In this document: positions 49,712-59,532 of the stretch, piece after piece
Numbering within the stretch: the first letter of the stretch is position 1
Layout: the number at the start of each line of letters is the position of its first letter
From: a virus
Taxonomy: Duplodnaviria; Caudoviricetes
Length of the DNA: 64,000 bases
Direction: 5' to 3' (one strand)
IMG/VR virus record: IMGVR_UViG_3300036982_000125
Location: 11,637 to 75,636 of that record
Program-made: the position numbers and the translations under genes
Notes under the pieces: generated by a model
The model's input: the letters and a program-made list of their open reading frames with translations, nothing else
Databases searched by the model: none
Told to the model about the DNA's origin: nothing

Positions 49712-51274
49712 TTAGAATTGTGGCATTTCCTCAATCAACACAGTTCTAGAAAGATCTTCGATGAATACATCACATCTGTCTTTCATCCAGATTTCGTATC
49801 CTGGGAATTTGTTAGCACTTGACATACCTTGAGATTTAGCAAAACCTAAGTGATGACGAGTTCCATCAATATAACCCCATGTCATAGAAGGAGCACCTTT
49901 CATACGTACTTCTCTAATGTTGTTTACCATTGATCCATCAGACATTGGAGAAACATCAAACACCATAAATACAGGCGTAGATTTTTTGTTTTGTCCAAAC
50001 TCTAAGTTAGATTGTGGTAAATCTAATTCTTTTAAGTGAATCAATTCAACTCTACCAGTCTCACGAGTTACCATTGCATCAAATGCAAAGTTGTAAGTGA
50101 TATGTTGTCCTTCACCTTGTAAGTATCTGTTTCCAGAATCAGCCATGAAAGTAAGACCTGAGTTTAATGCATCTGTTTTCAAAGCTTGTTGGAATACATC
50201 GAATCCAGCTTCATTAGTATACATCTTAACACTTCTATCTTTCACATCCACTCTTCTGTAGAATAAATCTCCAAATACAGAACGGATCAAGTTAGCAGAG
50301 AATTCACCTCTGTTATATTGTACCAAGTTTCCATTGTTACGCATTCTGTGGTATACACCAGCAGATGTTCTTTTCAATTCTTGTTTAGAACCTCCAGATT
50401 TAACTGTACCTGGTTTAGCCCAGATCATACGTTTAACTTTCAATTCAATCATAGATTTACGCATCCAGAATTCAATAAACGGTTCCCATTTAACATCATT
50501 ACGTGTAAGTGGTAATTGGTTACGTCTTTGTGGAGCATATACCAAGATGTCTAATGGTTTACCAGAAGCATCTCTCATCATTTTGTCATCAGCCCATTCA
50601 GTGATTTTGTGCTCATATCCATATGCAGAACCTAAAGATTCGAACATTGTGATTTGCTCACCTAATCTTGGAAGACCTAATAAATCTTGATCAAACTCAC
50701 CGATAGCAGCATCAACTAATTCTAATTCAACACCATATTGCAAGAATACAGGATTAACAAAATCAACTACTGGATTATCAGTTACTAATGTAAATGAATA
50801 CAAGTACCCCATGTTCCATGGTAATGGATCTTTGATCACGTAGAAACGTGGACCATACTGACGTGTACCTACAGAGATGATAGCATTTTTAGAGAACTCA
50901 TTAGTATCTAATACTAATTGGAACTCTTGACCATCAATACCTGTTTTACCAGCATCAATCAAAGCTTGAGTAGATGCAGGGATGTCAATAATTTTTGGGA
51001 ATTTGTAAGGAACTGCTACTTGCCATTTCCATGCATCACTATTATTATCAATATAATAAGGTGTGCTTTTGTTGATCATGTCTAAGAAGTCATTACTGTA
51101 AAGTGAGCTCTGTGTATAAAGACTGATAATTTTTTTATCATAGTCTGCAGGCTCAGTAGAGTGAAAACTCTCTAAGTGGTTAGAGTCTGTTAGTTTTCCT
51201 ACCGCACGTTTGTCCATAGACGCTACACGAGCATAAGTAAAACCAGTTAACCCAGGAATTGTTTGAATTGCCAT
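49712..51274 (-). CDS. Major capsid protein (HK97 fold, crAss-like)
   Basis: 520 aa; position after portal and scaffold; KRMIWAKPG...TSAGVYHRM and C-terminal VFIEDLSRTVLIE patterns of crAss-like MCPs. Confidence 0.85.
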   Translation of the reverse strand: MAIQTIPGLTGFTYARVASMDKRAVGKLTDSNHLESFHSTEPADYDKKIISLYTQSSLYSNDFLDMINKSTPYYIDNNSDAWKWQVAVPYKFPKIIDIPASTQALIDAGKTGIDGQEFQLVLDTNEFSKNAIISVGTRQYGPRFYVIKDPLPWNMGYLYSFTLVTDNPVVDFVNPVFLQYGVELELVDAAIGEFDQDLLGLPRLGEQITMFESLGSAYGYEHKITEWADDKMMRDASGKPLDILVYAPQRRNQLPLTRNDVKWEPFIEFWMRKSMIELKVKRMIWAKPGTVKSGGSKQELKRTSAGVYHRMRNNGNLVQYNRGEFSANLIRSVFGDLFYRRVDVKDRSVKMYTNEAGFDVFQQALKTDALNSGLTFMADSGNRYLQGEGQHITYNFAFDAMVTRETGRVELIHLKELDLPQSNLEFGQNKKSTPVFMVFDVSPMSDGSMVNNIREVRMKGAPSMTWGYIDGTRHHLGFAKSQGMSSANKFPGYEIWMKDRCDVFIEDLSRTVLIEEMPQF

Positions 51275-51308
51275 TGTTATTCGTTTTTGTTAATTATTTA
51301 TTATTTTG

Positions 51309-52571
51309 TTATAAGAACCATGATTTTGAATTAGCACCACCAGTAGCTCCAGACGTTTTAGCCTTTGTTACTTGTCTTGCAACTTCCCCAAATAATTGAT
51401 CAGATTTTTTTGTAACACCTGATCTTTGTATGGTTGATAATGTAGGATCTTTTTCTAACATCTTAAGAATAAGTCCCACCTTAACTTTCTGTGCATGATT
51501 CTCTGGTCTTTTAAGATCCAAAATAGCACGATCAAAATCAGTTAAGGTTTCTCCTGAAGGAGTTTTCCATTTATCAACTAATAGGAAGTCTTGTAGTTCT
51601 GTTGCTAATTTTGGATTGATTGGAATACCATCAAACTCTTTTGCTTTCACCTTATCATTTAAGATGGATTGCACATTATTTATATATTGATTTCTGACTT
51701 GAGCTTTTTGTTGTAACTCTTGTTCAGATTTAGCTTCTAAGTCTTGTAACTTAGATGCTTCTTTTTTAACTAACACTTTATGATGTTTTGTTGCAACACT
51801 TTCTAAATCACCGTAGTTCTTTAGTCTTTCAATTTCTGTTACTACATCTTCTGCATCAAAGCCTTGATTTGTCAAAGCTTGTTTCATTATTTTTTCTTGA
51901 TTTGCTTCATCAGAAAGATCCATCTCTGCAAATCCAACAACATTGTTATATGTAGTGAAGTAATCTTTTGGATCAACTCCTTTTACAAATATGGCATCAA
52001 AAGCTTCTTGATAGTCTTCTCCAAATTGTCCAATGAAGTTTTGTACTATTTCACTAGCACCTTTTTTCTTTTCTTCATTGAATCTTTCTAGAAATTCTTC
52101 AGCAGTGTTTACTGGTTCTTGATCATCATCATCAGATGTAAATACACCTAGTTTATAAAGATCATTTGCAAGAGCACTAAATTGTGTTCCTTCAGGAGTA
52201 TCATCTTCTGAATCATCACTTGCTTCATTATCAACTTTTGCAGGTTTTGCAACTTTTGATACTGGAGCAGAATCATCATCATCTTCATCATCATCACTTA
52301 AGAAATCAGCAATCATTGATTGCCCATCTAATTTTTCTTCATCTGTTTTACCATCAACGCTTTTAGGAGGAACAATATCCTTACCTTTTTTAACTTCTGG
52401 TGCAACTGGTGCACCAGGAGAATCTGCATCTTTAATAATTGGTGTAACATCTTCTGGATTGCTAGAAGCAGTCTCAGGTTCAAATAACCCTTGAAGTAAT
52501 TCTTGATTACCCATTCCCATTTCCATAGTATCTTGGATACTAAAGTTGCTTATATCTAAATTATCAGCCAT
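51309..52571 (-). CDS. Capsid scaffolding protein
   Basis: 420 aa, very acidic N-half, coiled-coil C-half; lies between portal and MCP. Confidence 0.7.
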   Translation of the reverse strand: MADNLDISNFSIQDTMEMGMGNQELLQGLFEPETASSNPEDVTPIIKDADSPGAPVAPEVKKGKDIVPPKSVDGKTDEEKLDGQSMIADFLSDDDEDDDDSAPVSKVAKPAKVDNEASDDSEDDTPEGTQFSALANDLYKLGVFTSDDDDQEPVNTAEEFLERFNEEKKKGASEIVQNFIGQFGEDYQEAFDAIFVKGVDPKDYFTTYNNVVGFAEMDLSDEANQEKIMKQALTNQGFDAEDVVTEIERLKNYGDLESVATKHHKVLVKKEASKLQDLEAKSEQELQQKAQVRNQYINNVQSILNDKVKAKEFDGIPINPKLATELQDFLLVDKWKTPSGETLTDFDRAILDLKRPENHAQKVKVGLILKMLEKDPTLSTIQRSGVTKKSDQLFGEVARQVTKAKTSGATGGANSKSWFL

Positions 52572-52603
52572 ATGTAGTTGTATTTATGTTTGGTTTATTT
52601 ATG

Positions 52604-52633
52604 TAAAAGTATAATAAGAGTTTCTAATATCAA
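52604..52633 (-). promoter_or_regulatory. Bacteroidota-type promoter for scaffold-MCP
   Basis: TTTG-N19-TACTTTTA (52634/52633 to 52604). Confidence 0.55.
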
Positions 52634-52689
52634 AGAGTTATGTGTCAATGTGATCCAATTTTCTTGATAATATAGCATTAATATTATTA

Positions 52690-52707
52690 TCTCCTCCGAA
52701 GAGGAGA
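52690..52707 (-). other. cUUCGg tetraloop hairpin after the portal gene
   Basis: TCTCCTC-TTCG-GAGGAGA, 6 nt after the portal stop; the U tract lies on the opposite strand. Confidence 0.6.
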
Positions 52708-52713
52708 AGTTTT

Positions 52714-55299
52714 TTAACCTTTTTTGTTATTACGTCCCTTAGCATTCTCTTTTGCAACAGCAAGATCGTTTGCCATATTCTCTCTAGCCACTGTTAATTT
52801 TTCTTTTTCTATAGAAAATTTATCGCTAGCTTGTTTATTCTTAGATTGAATGTCAGCCATTTTTAATCCATAGTCTTTAGAAGCTTTATCTTGATCATTA
52901 GATAATCTACTCATTTCCAATACATCAGGAACAGAATTAGAATTTTCATCTTCGCTTGCAACATTACCAAATCCTGTAGCTTGTATAATAGCAATCTTCT
53001 CTTTAGATAATCTATCAAGTTCTCTTTGATAATCATCACTAGCTTGTTTTTCTTGTTGTAATTGGGCAGCTTGTTGTAATGTAGCTTGAGCTTGTTGTTG
53101 CTGAGCTTGTTGTTGCTGTTGTTGTAATTGCATCTGTTGTTCTTGTTGAGCAATTTGTCTATCTCTAAGATCTTTAAACACTTTCTTAAGTTCTCTTTGA
53201 GACTTGGTAGAATATAATTCTATTACATCATAAAGCGTGCCACCATTTTGAATAATAGCTTGAGATAATTGTCTAAGTTCATTAAACATTTGATTATCTT
53301 CTGGTCTATTAGTTAAGAACACTTTTAAATCTCTAAATTTAAGATCTGATCCATTAACTTGTACAAATGCAGATTCTCCTTCAGATGTAATATAGCTTAG
53401 CGTACTCTGTGGTTTAGATGATTCTACATAAAGTGCAGCATCAATTATAGCTTGATAGAATTGTCCAAGCACATACTCGTGAGCCACAAATAAAGGCTCT
53501 GTTTGAGAATAGCTCTGCTGCATCGCAGTGTTAGTACCTGTTGCACTTTCAGAGGCTGCAATAGACCCCATACGTTGTCTAGACATACCTATAAGTTCCC
53601 AACATTCCATTTTAACTTGTTGAGCTAATGTGTATCTAGATTGTATCTCTTGCGTACGTGTAAGATCAAGAGCTGTAAATTGATTGAATGAACTAGGAGA
53701 TTTTAAATTCTCTGGAGAGTCATCAATAAATACCACTCCTCTATTACGTGCTTCCATTTCCCAGATATCAAGAGCATCTTGTGCATCTCCATCTTTAGGA
53801 ATAGGAATATGTCTTAATGACATAAGCTGAACCTTACCCATTTCTTTTTCAAGAAGTTTGTATAATTGATTCATACATACATTATAAAGAACTTGAAAAG
53901 GTTTCATAAGATCTACTAAGCTTCTAGCTTCTGTATTCTTCACTTCATATGTTGTTCCTATAATAGGACAATAGTTTAATAACTTATATGGTTTAATGTG
54001 ATAAATATCTGGACCAATCTTTGTTCCTTGATACCATTCATTAATCCATCCCCATTCTAATGATTGTTGTGTAGGTATAGTGCCTGATTTGTAAGTTTCA
54101 TCAACTAACATTGATTGCTCATTACCCATCTCATCAATATAAATAAGTTTACCTATCTTTCTTTTAGAGATCCAATAGCTTCTTACCACTACATATTTGT
54201 ATCCAAATGAAGACACATTATTAGTTAATCCTAAGAAATCTTTTAACCCATCATTGTTTTCTTTCATCTCTGATTCAATGATCATTCTTGTCTGAAGAAC
54301 TAATGGATCAAATGTATCATACATTACAGAGTCTTGTCCAGGAACAGCATCAGGATTACCTAGATTAGATTCACGTACATTGATTAATCCATAATCTTGT
54401 AAAGATGATCTAAGGTGATCTATTTCTTCTTTTGTAAGATCTGGTAAACTTTCAATAATCTCAGATAGTTCCATAACTTGTACAGTACCAGCAGCATATG
54501 CTCCTTGAGCTCTACCTGTAGGATCTGATATATATTTTCTATCTGGTGTACTTAAAAACCAAGTGTTTTTTGGATTAGCCACTTCTACATTAAATCCAAG
54601 TTTACTATTGTCTTCATATATATGATAGAATTGTCTAGCAGAAATTAATAGATCTCTAAACGCATCTTCACTCTTTTCTTTAATATTAAACTCAGCTTTT
54701 TGACAAGTAAGAACATGATTAGCCCATTTCTCTGCAACAGATGTATAACTATCTAATTCATCCTTAACTTGTTCCATTGTCATTTGCTGCAATTGCTCAG
54801 GCTCAATTTCTTGCCCTTGCATTGCTGCTTTCTCTGTCAATTGTTGTCTAACTTGATTTATTACATATTCCTGTAATGTATCTGTTTTAAACTGAAGTTC
54901 TTCTGCCTTACTATCATCATCAAAAGCTTTCACTCTAAATGTATCTGGACGTTTAGATATCTCTCCTACTAACTCATTAACAGGAGTGGTAATGATTGAA
55001 TACATCTTCACATAAGCAGGAAGTTCTAGATCTGCTGTTAGCACATCTGTAAAGCTTCTCACTTCTGGTTCTTGATAAAAATCCTCCATATGAAGAATTC
55101 CTTTCATAAGATCGTAATTCTTTACAAACGTATCTCTATTCTTTACATACTCAGCGTATGCTTTATTAGAGAAATAATCCATTGTATTCTTTATCCAACT
55201 CTCATCTTGTTTCTCTTTCTCTGTCTTGAACTGATCAGGGAAGATGTTTAGATAAGCATATCTAATAGTTGCGTCTTTTGTATATCTAATTATTGCCAT
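52714..55299 (-). CDS. Portal protein
   Basis: 861 aa, immediately after terminase; PFQVLYNVCMNQL, WELIGMSRQRMG and a Gln-rich C-terminal barrel coil. Confidence 0.85.
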   Translation of the reverse strand: MAIIRYTKDATIRYAYLNIFPDQFKTEKEKQDESWIKNTMDYFSNKAYAEYVKNRDTFVKNYDLMKGILHMEDFYQEPEVRSFTDVLTADLELPAYVKMYSIITTPVNELVGEISKRPDTFRVKAFDDDSKAEELQFKTDTLQEYVINQVRQQLTEKAAMQGQEIEPEQLQQMTMEQVKDELDSYTSVAEKWANHVLTCQKAEFNIKEKSEDAFRDLLISARQFYHIYEDNSKLGFNVEVANPKNTWFLSTPDRKYISDPTGRAQGAYAAGTVQVMELSEIIESLPDLTKEEIDHLRSSLQDYGLINVRESNLGNPDAVPGQDSVMYDTFDPLVLQTRMIIESEMKENNDGLKDFLGLTNNVSSFGYKYVVVRSYWISKRKIGKLIYIDEMGNEQSMLVDETYKSGTIPTQQSLEWGWINEWYQGTKIGPDIYHIKPYKLLNYCPIIGTTYEVKNTEARSLVDLMKPFQVLYNVCMNQLYKLLEKEMGKVQLMSLRHIPIPKDGDAQDALDIWEMEARNRGVVFIDDSPENLKSPSSFNQFTALDLTRTQEIQSRYTLAQQVKMECWELIGMSRQRMGSIAASESATGTNTAMQQSYSQTEPLFVAHEYVLGQFYQAIIDAALYVESSKPQSTLSYITSEGESAFVQVNGSDLKFRDLKVFLTNRPEDNQMFNELRQLSQAIIQNGGTLYDVIELYSTKSQRELKKVFKDLRDRQIAQQEQQMQLQQQQQQAQQQQAQATLQQAAQLQQEKQASDDYQRELDRLSKEKIAIIQATGFGNVASEDENSNSVPDVLEMSRLSNDQDKASKDYGLKMADIQSKNKQASDKFSIEKEKLTVARENMANDLAVAKENAKGRNNKKG

Positions 55300-57326
55300 T
55301 ATGTAAACAATTTATTTCTTGGTGTGTTAAACATTGATCTGCTTTCTGTAAACAGTTTATTCTTTTTGTTCTTCTTGAACATTGATTGTATTCTTACATC
55401 TTGTTCTCCTCCTATTTTTCCCATAATGGGATCTAGTTTCATTGCTAAAGCTATTGCTAACTCTGCTGCAATGATTCTATCAAAGTTACCTGATTCATTA
55501 TACTGAATCATCTCCTCAAGTAGAACAGGATCAAATATTTTAGCCATACCTTTTATTTCAGACTTAATGTTTCCATCTTCATCTTTCTCTGTATGTACTA
55601 CTTCTTCTGTATATTTCTTTAGAGCTCCATGTAAAAAGTCTCTTATTTTCTCAGAAGATCTATGTATCCCATAATCCCTTCTAACTGTGGTGTTTGGAAC
55701 TATTTCTTTTAACCAATCTGGTTGTCTCTCTAGATAATGGGCATCTCCTTTAGCTATCATATAATCTATAAAGGATATCTCATCATTCTCACATAGAGCT
55801 CTAGCATTGTAATACTTGATTAAATATCTAGCTTGTTCTTCCCATGTTTCTTTCTTCTCTGGTCTAGCACAATAGCTAGCTACAAACATATCTTGATACT
55901 TCTCTCCAGAAATAGCATGCATACGTTTGTATATATACACAGATCCTAATGAACTTGAATATGCAGACTTCCCCTGTCTATAAGGGTCAATCCCTGCTAC
56001 ATATAATCCATATGGAGGACTTTCTATTGGGAACTCGTATATCACTACAGGAGCTTCTTTATTATCACTATTCTTAAGAGGAAAGTTTGATATTGGTATC
56101 TTATCTGTAAACTCATGTTTCACACCATCCCCATCATCATATAAAACAACAGGTGTTCCTGTTCTCTCCACTGCTAATAGTCTAGTTTTCTGACGTTTAG
56201 CTGCTTCAATATCAAATATGTTTGTATCCTCATTCAAAAAGATATCATCCACCTCTTGTGGGTAATACATCTTCTCTTTTAAATAAGCTAGTCTATCACC
56301 AGCTTTCTTTAATCTCTCAAGATTGTCATTTGTAATCTTATCTGCTTTCTCTTCATTAGAGACTAACATTTTTACATTATGCAGCTCTGATTCTTCTGGT
56401 TGATCAAGATAGGCTCCTAATGTAGAATCTTCTTTAGCTTCCATTCTATATTTATGGGAGATGAATAGTCCATGGATTCTTTGATCATCCTTTGCACTAT
56501 TGTATTCAAGGAAGTTGAAATTGGCTACATCAAACATTAAGCTTTTTGCATCCATAAAGTTCTGCATATCTCCACCTGTACCTGTAAGAATTGGAGAACA
56601 TCCCCAACCAAATGGTGTGGTGAAACCTGGTGTTGCAGCCTGAAGACCACGTAAGAAGTTACCCTTACCTATCTCATCAATAATAAGCCTTCTAGGTTTT
56701 GTACCTGCAATAGCTTCCTCATTATTACCACCATCTAAGTTACGAATAAGGATCTGAGAAAAGGGGATTCTCTCTCCTGCTTTTGTCTTGATCCCTAATG
56801 TAACTTGGTTTTTCCAATTGTCTTCTACCCTCTGCCATCTCCAGGCTTCTGGTAAGAAGTTTAATCCTTTGTCAATCTTATCTGTGATAAGCTTTATATC
56901 GGGAGCATTTAGTCCTGCAATAATGTTCTGGGAGTTTTCATCAAACGTTGCCCCATGACCTATGTAAGAGCTCTCAATTACTGACTTAGCTAAACGTCTA
57001 ATACCTAGTATCACTAGGCCTTTCTTTTCGTTATGTGCTCTATCTATTTCATTTGTTATAATCCACTCGTTATCACGTAAATATGGATTAGCATATTTCT
57101 GGTTAATCCTTCCACGCTCATCTATAATATCCACCTCTGTATTCCAGAAGTTTAAATGCCAATATAGAAAAGGGTTAATATAAACTCCTCCCATTGTACA
57201 GCCATCAATACATAGTTGTTTATGATAGGCATAGAATTCCCTATACTCTTCTGAATCCTTACTCGGAACTCTTTTTTGATTGATGAACCAATCTTTGTAA
57301 TCAATACTTTGTAGGCCATCTAACAT
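55299..57326 (-). CDS. terL: Terminase large subunit
   Basis: 675 aa; Walker A variant GIRRLAKS, Walker B LIIDEIG, coupling motif GTGG, RNase H YVAGIDPY and FDRIIA. Confidence 0.9.
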   Translation of the reverse strand: MLDGLQSIDYKDWFINQKRVPSKDSEEYREFYAYHKQLCIDGCTMGGVYINPFLYWHLNFWNTEVDIIDERGRINQKYANPYLRDNEWIITNEIDRAHNEKKGLVILGIRRLAKSVIESSYIGHGATFDENSQNIIAGLNAPDIKLITDKIDKGLNFLPEAWRWQRVEDNWKNQVTLGIKTKAGERIPFSQILIRNLDGGNNEEAIAGTKPRRLIIDEIGKGNFLRGLQAATPGFTTPFGWGCSPILTGTGGDMQNFMDAKSLMFDVANFNFLEYNSAKDDQRIHGLFISHKYRMEAKEDSTLGAYLDQPEESELHNVKMLVSNEEKADKITNDNLERLKKAGDRLAYLKEKMYYPQEVDDIFLNEDTNIFDIEAAKRQKTRLLAVERTGTPVVLYDDGDGVKHEFTDKIPISNFPLKNSDNKEAPVVIYEFPIESPPYGLYVAGIDPYRQGKSAYSSSLGSVYIYKRMHAISGEKYQDMFVASYCARPEKKETWEEQARYLIKYYNARALCENDEISFIDYMIAKGDAHYLERQPDWLKEIVPNTTVRRDYGIHRSSEKIRDFLHGALKKYTEEVVHTEKDEDGNIKSEIKGMAKIFDPVLLEEMIQYNESGNFDRIIAAELAIALAMKLDPIMGKIGGEQDVRIQSMFKKNKKNKLFTESRSMFNTPRNKLFT

Positions 57327-57658
57327 TATCTTCTACCTTTTAAGAAATCTTCTGCCATAGATCCAAGTTCAGCACCACCTCTAACAGGCACCACCTTAGC
57401 TTCTTCTTTCTCACGTAGTTTTTCTACTTGTTCTAAAAGAGCTAGGTAATTCTTCATTGTCTCTTGTACAAACTTACCTTGAGCCTCAATGCTTGCTATA
57501 ACCATAGGCATAGCACCACCAGCTTTGGTTTCTTTCCATTTGATTCTATCCTCTAATGTATGTAAGGGATTAGCATCAACGTATTGTTTCCAGCTTGATA
57601 ATTGTTCTTCAGCCCAATCAAGTTCTGTATTTATGTATGTAGTTTTCTTTAATGCCAT
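57326..57658 (-). CDS. Hypothetical helical protein (possible terminase small subunit)
   Basis: 110 aa, translationally coupled to terL; identity by position only. Confidence 0.4.
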   Translation of the reverse strand: MALKKTTYINTELDWAEEQLSSWKQYVDANPLHTLEDRIKWKETKAGGAMPMVIASIEAQGKFVQETMKNYLALLEQVEKLREKEEAKVVPVRGGAELGSMAEDFLKGRR

Positions 57659-57978
57659 TATTTAGTTAATTTTAAAAACCTCAACACCTTATATTTAAAG
57701 CTAGTTTTATATTTGTATTCATCATAATCTTTATACTCAACAATACTTTCTATTAAAGCATTATATCTAAGTTGTTCTTCAGAATCTGCAGCAAGTCTAC
57801 TTTTAAATACATAATTTAAATCTTCTGTACGTGCTCTTTTTCTTTCTTCTGATGCTTCATATTTTTCTTTACCATCAGGCTCTATAAATTCTTGATAATC
57901 TTCTACATTATATAGTCTCACTGTAAAGAATTGTTCACCATCTCTAGATGATATTCTCTTAGGTTTTATTGTTTTCAT
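57658..57978 (-). CDS. Hypothetical protein
   Basis: 106 aa, coupled to its neighbours; AACTACAT before the ATG. Confidence 0.6.
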   Translation of the reverse strand: MKTIKPKRISSRDGEQFFTVRLYNVEDYQEFIEPDGKEKYEASEERKRARTEDLNYVFKSRLAADSEEQLRYNALIESIVEYKDYDEYKYKTSFKYKVLRFLKLTK

Positions 57979-57998
57979 TATGTAGTTGGTTTTTATTA

Positions 57999-58271
57999 TT
58001 AGTCTTCCTCCTCTTCGAACAATGTTCTCTCCAAATTCATGCCATCTTTTATAATGGCTTCTATTTCTTCTTCATTATGATTGACATCCATTTCAAGGCT
58101 TGCTTCATATCTCTGAAGAGAAAAGAATAATTCTTTATCTGGCACTCCCCATAAATCAGAACCATCTACTGCTGTAGATATGTGTTGTCCCATATTATAA
58201 TAAGGATGGGCTTTATGCAAACGTCCTAATGTCTGTATAATTTGTCGATAGTAGTTAGGTTGCTTTCCCAT
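57999..58271 (-). CDS. Hypothetical protein
   Basis: 90 aa, acidic C-terminus, overlapping stop/start. Confidence 0.6.
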   Translation of the reverse strand: MGKQPNYYRQIIQTLGRLHKAHPYYNMGQHISTAVDGSDLWGVPDKELFFSLQRYEASLEMDVNHNEEEIEAIIKDGMNLERTLFEEEED

Positions 58272-58558
58272 TATATTAAATCATTTATGTCATCTTCAGA
58301 AAGAGTCTTTCTTGTAACATCTGGTATGTCATCTTCTGAATAATCTATTTCTATCTCTTGTGTAATATCTTCTTCCGCTACATCACCATCTTCATGTAAT
58401 ATGTATTCAGGTTTGATACTTATATGTATCATATCTTTTGGTGCATCACCATCATCATTCTGCTCACCTGACAAATCAATATAATCAGCTCCACTATCCC
58501 AAAGATCTTGAAGGATTTCAATCAATGCTCCTAATGGTATCTTACGTAGTTTCAACAT
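58271..58558 (-). CDS. Hypothetical acidic protein
   Basis: 95 aa, coupled ORF in operon orientation. Confidence 0.6.
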   Translation of the reverse strand: MLKLRKIPLGALIEILQDLWDSGADYIDLSGEQNDDGDAPKDMIHISIKPEYILHEDGDVAEEDITQEIEIDYSEDDIPDVTRKTLSEDDINDLI

Positions 58559-58814
58559 CCTCTTCTGGTATTGCTGTGGCAGACCATTTCTTCAATGGAC
58601 ATTCACACGTTAAACATTTAGTCTTTGCAGATAATGTACATCCACATTCTACACAATGTGCATCTGGTCTTATTGATGTATGCTTAGAAGAATGTTTATC
58701 ACATGCTTCACATATGGCAATTCTTTCATTGCTTACATATTCTATAAAAGCCTTTGTTCTTTCTTCAGGGAGAAGATGATTCTTCCATCCCTCTATTATT
58801 TGTGCTAGACTCAT
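58542..58814 (-). CDS. Zn-finger protein
   Basis: CEAC...CVECGC...CLTCECPLKKW. Confidence 0.7.
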   Translation of the reverse strand: MSLAQIIEGWKNHLLPEERTKAFIEYVSNERIAICEACDKHSSKHTSIRPDAHCVECGCTLSAKTKCLTCECPLKKWSATAIPEEDVETT

Positions 58815-59155
58815 TTCATTTTTGGTTTTAATATTTTGATGTCTGTCAATGCTGTGTTTAATCTCAATTCTGTAGAATGTTTCTTCTTATCTGTTATATC
58901 TGGATCAGCTAACATGTTCTCATAAGCTTGTTTCATTTGTAAAAGCTTAGTGTATTGTGTAAGAGCTCTCTTTTTATTAAACAAAAACTTACCAAATCCA
59001 GAAATCTCTATTGTATCATTTGTATTAAGAGCATCATTGGCAGAATCAAACTGATGGTTAATCACTTGATCAATTATCCTTTCAGATATCACCATATTAA
59101 TTGACATCTTCTTTGTTATCCACTCCTTCACTGACATTGATAATGGCTTCTCCAT
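58811..59155 (-). CDS. HU/IHF-like DNA-binding protein
   Basis: IDQVINHQFDSANDALNTNDTIEISGFGKFLFN matches the HU helix-2/GFGKF signature. Confidence 0.75.
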   Translation of the reverse strand: MEKPLSMSVKEWITKKMSINMVISERIIDQVINHQFDSANDALNTNDTIEISGFGKFLFNKKRALTQYTKLLQMKQAYENMLADPDITDKKKHSTELRLNTALTDIKILKPKMK

Positions 59156-59498
59156 GTATTAGTTTTATTTCTAATGTTATATTCTTTGTGAAATCTATAA
59201 TGATGATTGGATTAACCTTCACCTTACCATTCTCCTTGATAAATATTCCTACCTTCTTCAGCTTACTGATGATGTTATTAATAGAAGGAGATGTACTATT
59301 ATATGTCTTACAGAATTCTTCTCTAACATTAGCATATGTAATGTTCCCTTTAATAGCTGTAAAGGATATCAATTGAATCTCTCTTTCTGTTAGATGAAGA
59401 TTGTTAATAGCAGATAGTATACTGTAATACTTCTCAGCTAGTTCTATATCTGTATTAATAGATCTTTTTAATCTTTGTACAATAATTGTTGGATTCAT
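59097..59498 (-). CDS. Winged helix-turn-helix protein, first gene of the virion operon
   Basis: 133 aa; LTEREIQLISF...REEFCKTYNSTSPSINNIISKLKKVGIFIKENG. Confidence 0.6.
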   Translation of the reverse strand: MNPTIIVQRLKRSINTDIELAEKYYSILSAINNLHLTEREIQLISFTAIKGNITYANVREEFCKTYNSTSPSINNIISKLKKVGIFIKENGKVKVNPIIIIDFTKNITLEIKLIHGEAIINVSEGVDNKEDVN

Positions 59499-59524
59499 AA
59501 TGTAGTTTTTATCTAATCATATGA

Positions 59525-59532
59525 CAAAGATA
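59525..59532 (-). promoter_or_regulatory. -7 box of the leftward operon promoter
   Basis: Exact TATCTTTG 26 nt upstream of the ATG at 59498; no clear -33 TTG. Confidence 0.5.

Noticed and set aside
7684-57326. Inteins or introns in RNAP, terminase, portal or MCP
   Set aside because: All are uninterrupted ORFs; no C...HN splice motifs or LAGLIDADG blocks noticed.
41729-58003. Repeated ACTAATAATAAA in minus-strand spacers (41729, 42083, 42917, 57992)
   Set aside because: Low-complexity stop-codon/A-rich TIR sequence; cannot be distinguished from compositional bias by eye.
3445-58779. Numerous plus-strand and off-frame ORFs of 60-210 aa overlapping the large minus-strand genes
   Set aside because: Ser/Leu/Phe/Ile-rich antisense shadows lying wholly within or across well-supported genes; no motifs or start context.
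2874-59498. Stop-codon reassignment as in some Crassvirales
   Set aside because: Giant ORFs are open in the standard code, gene packing is dense, and there is no suppressor tRNA.
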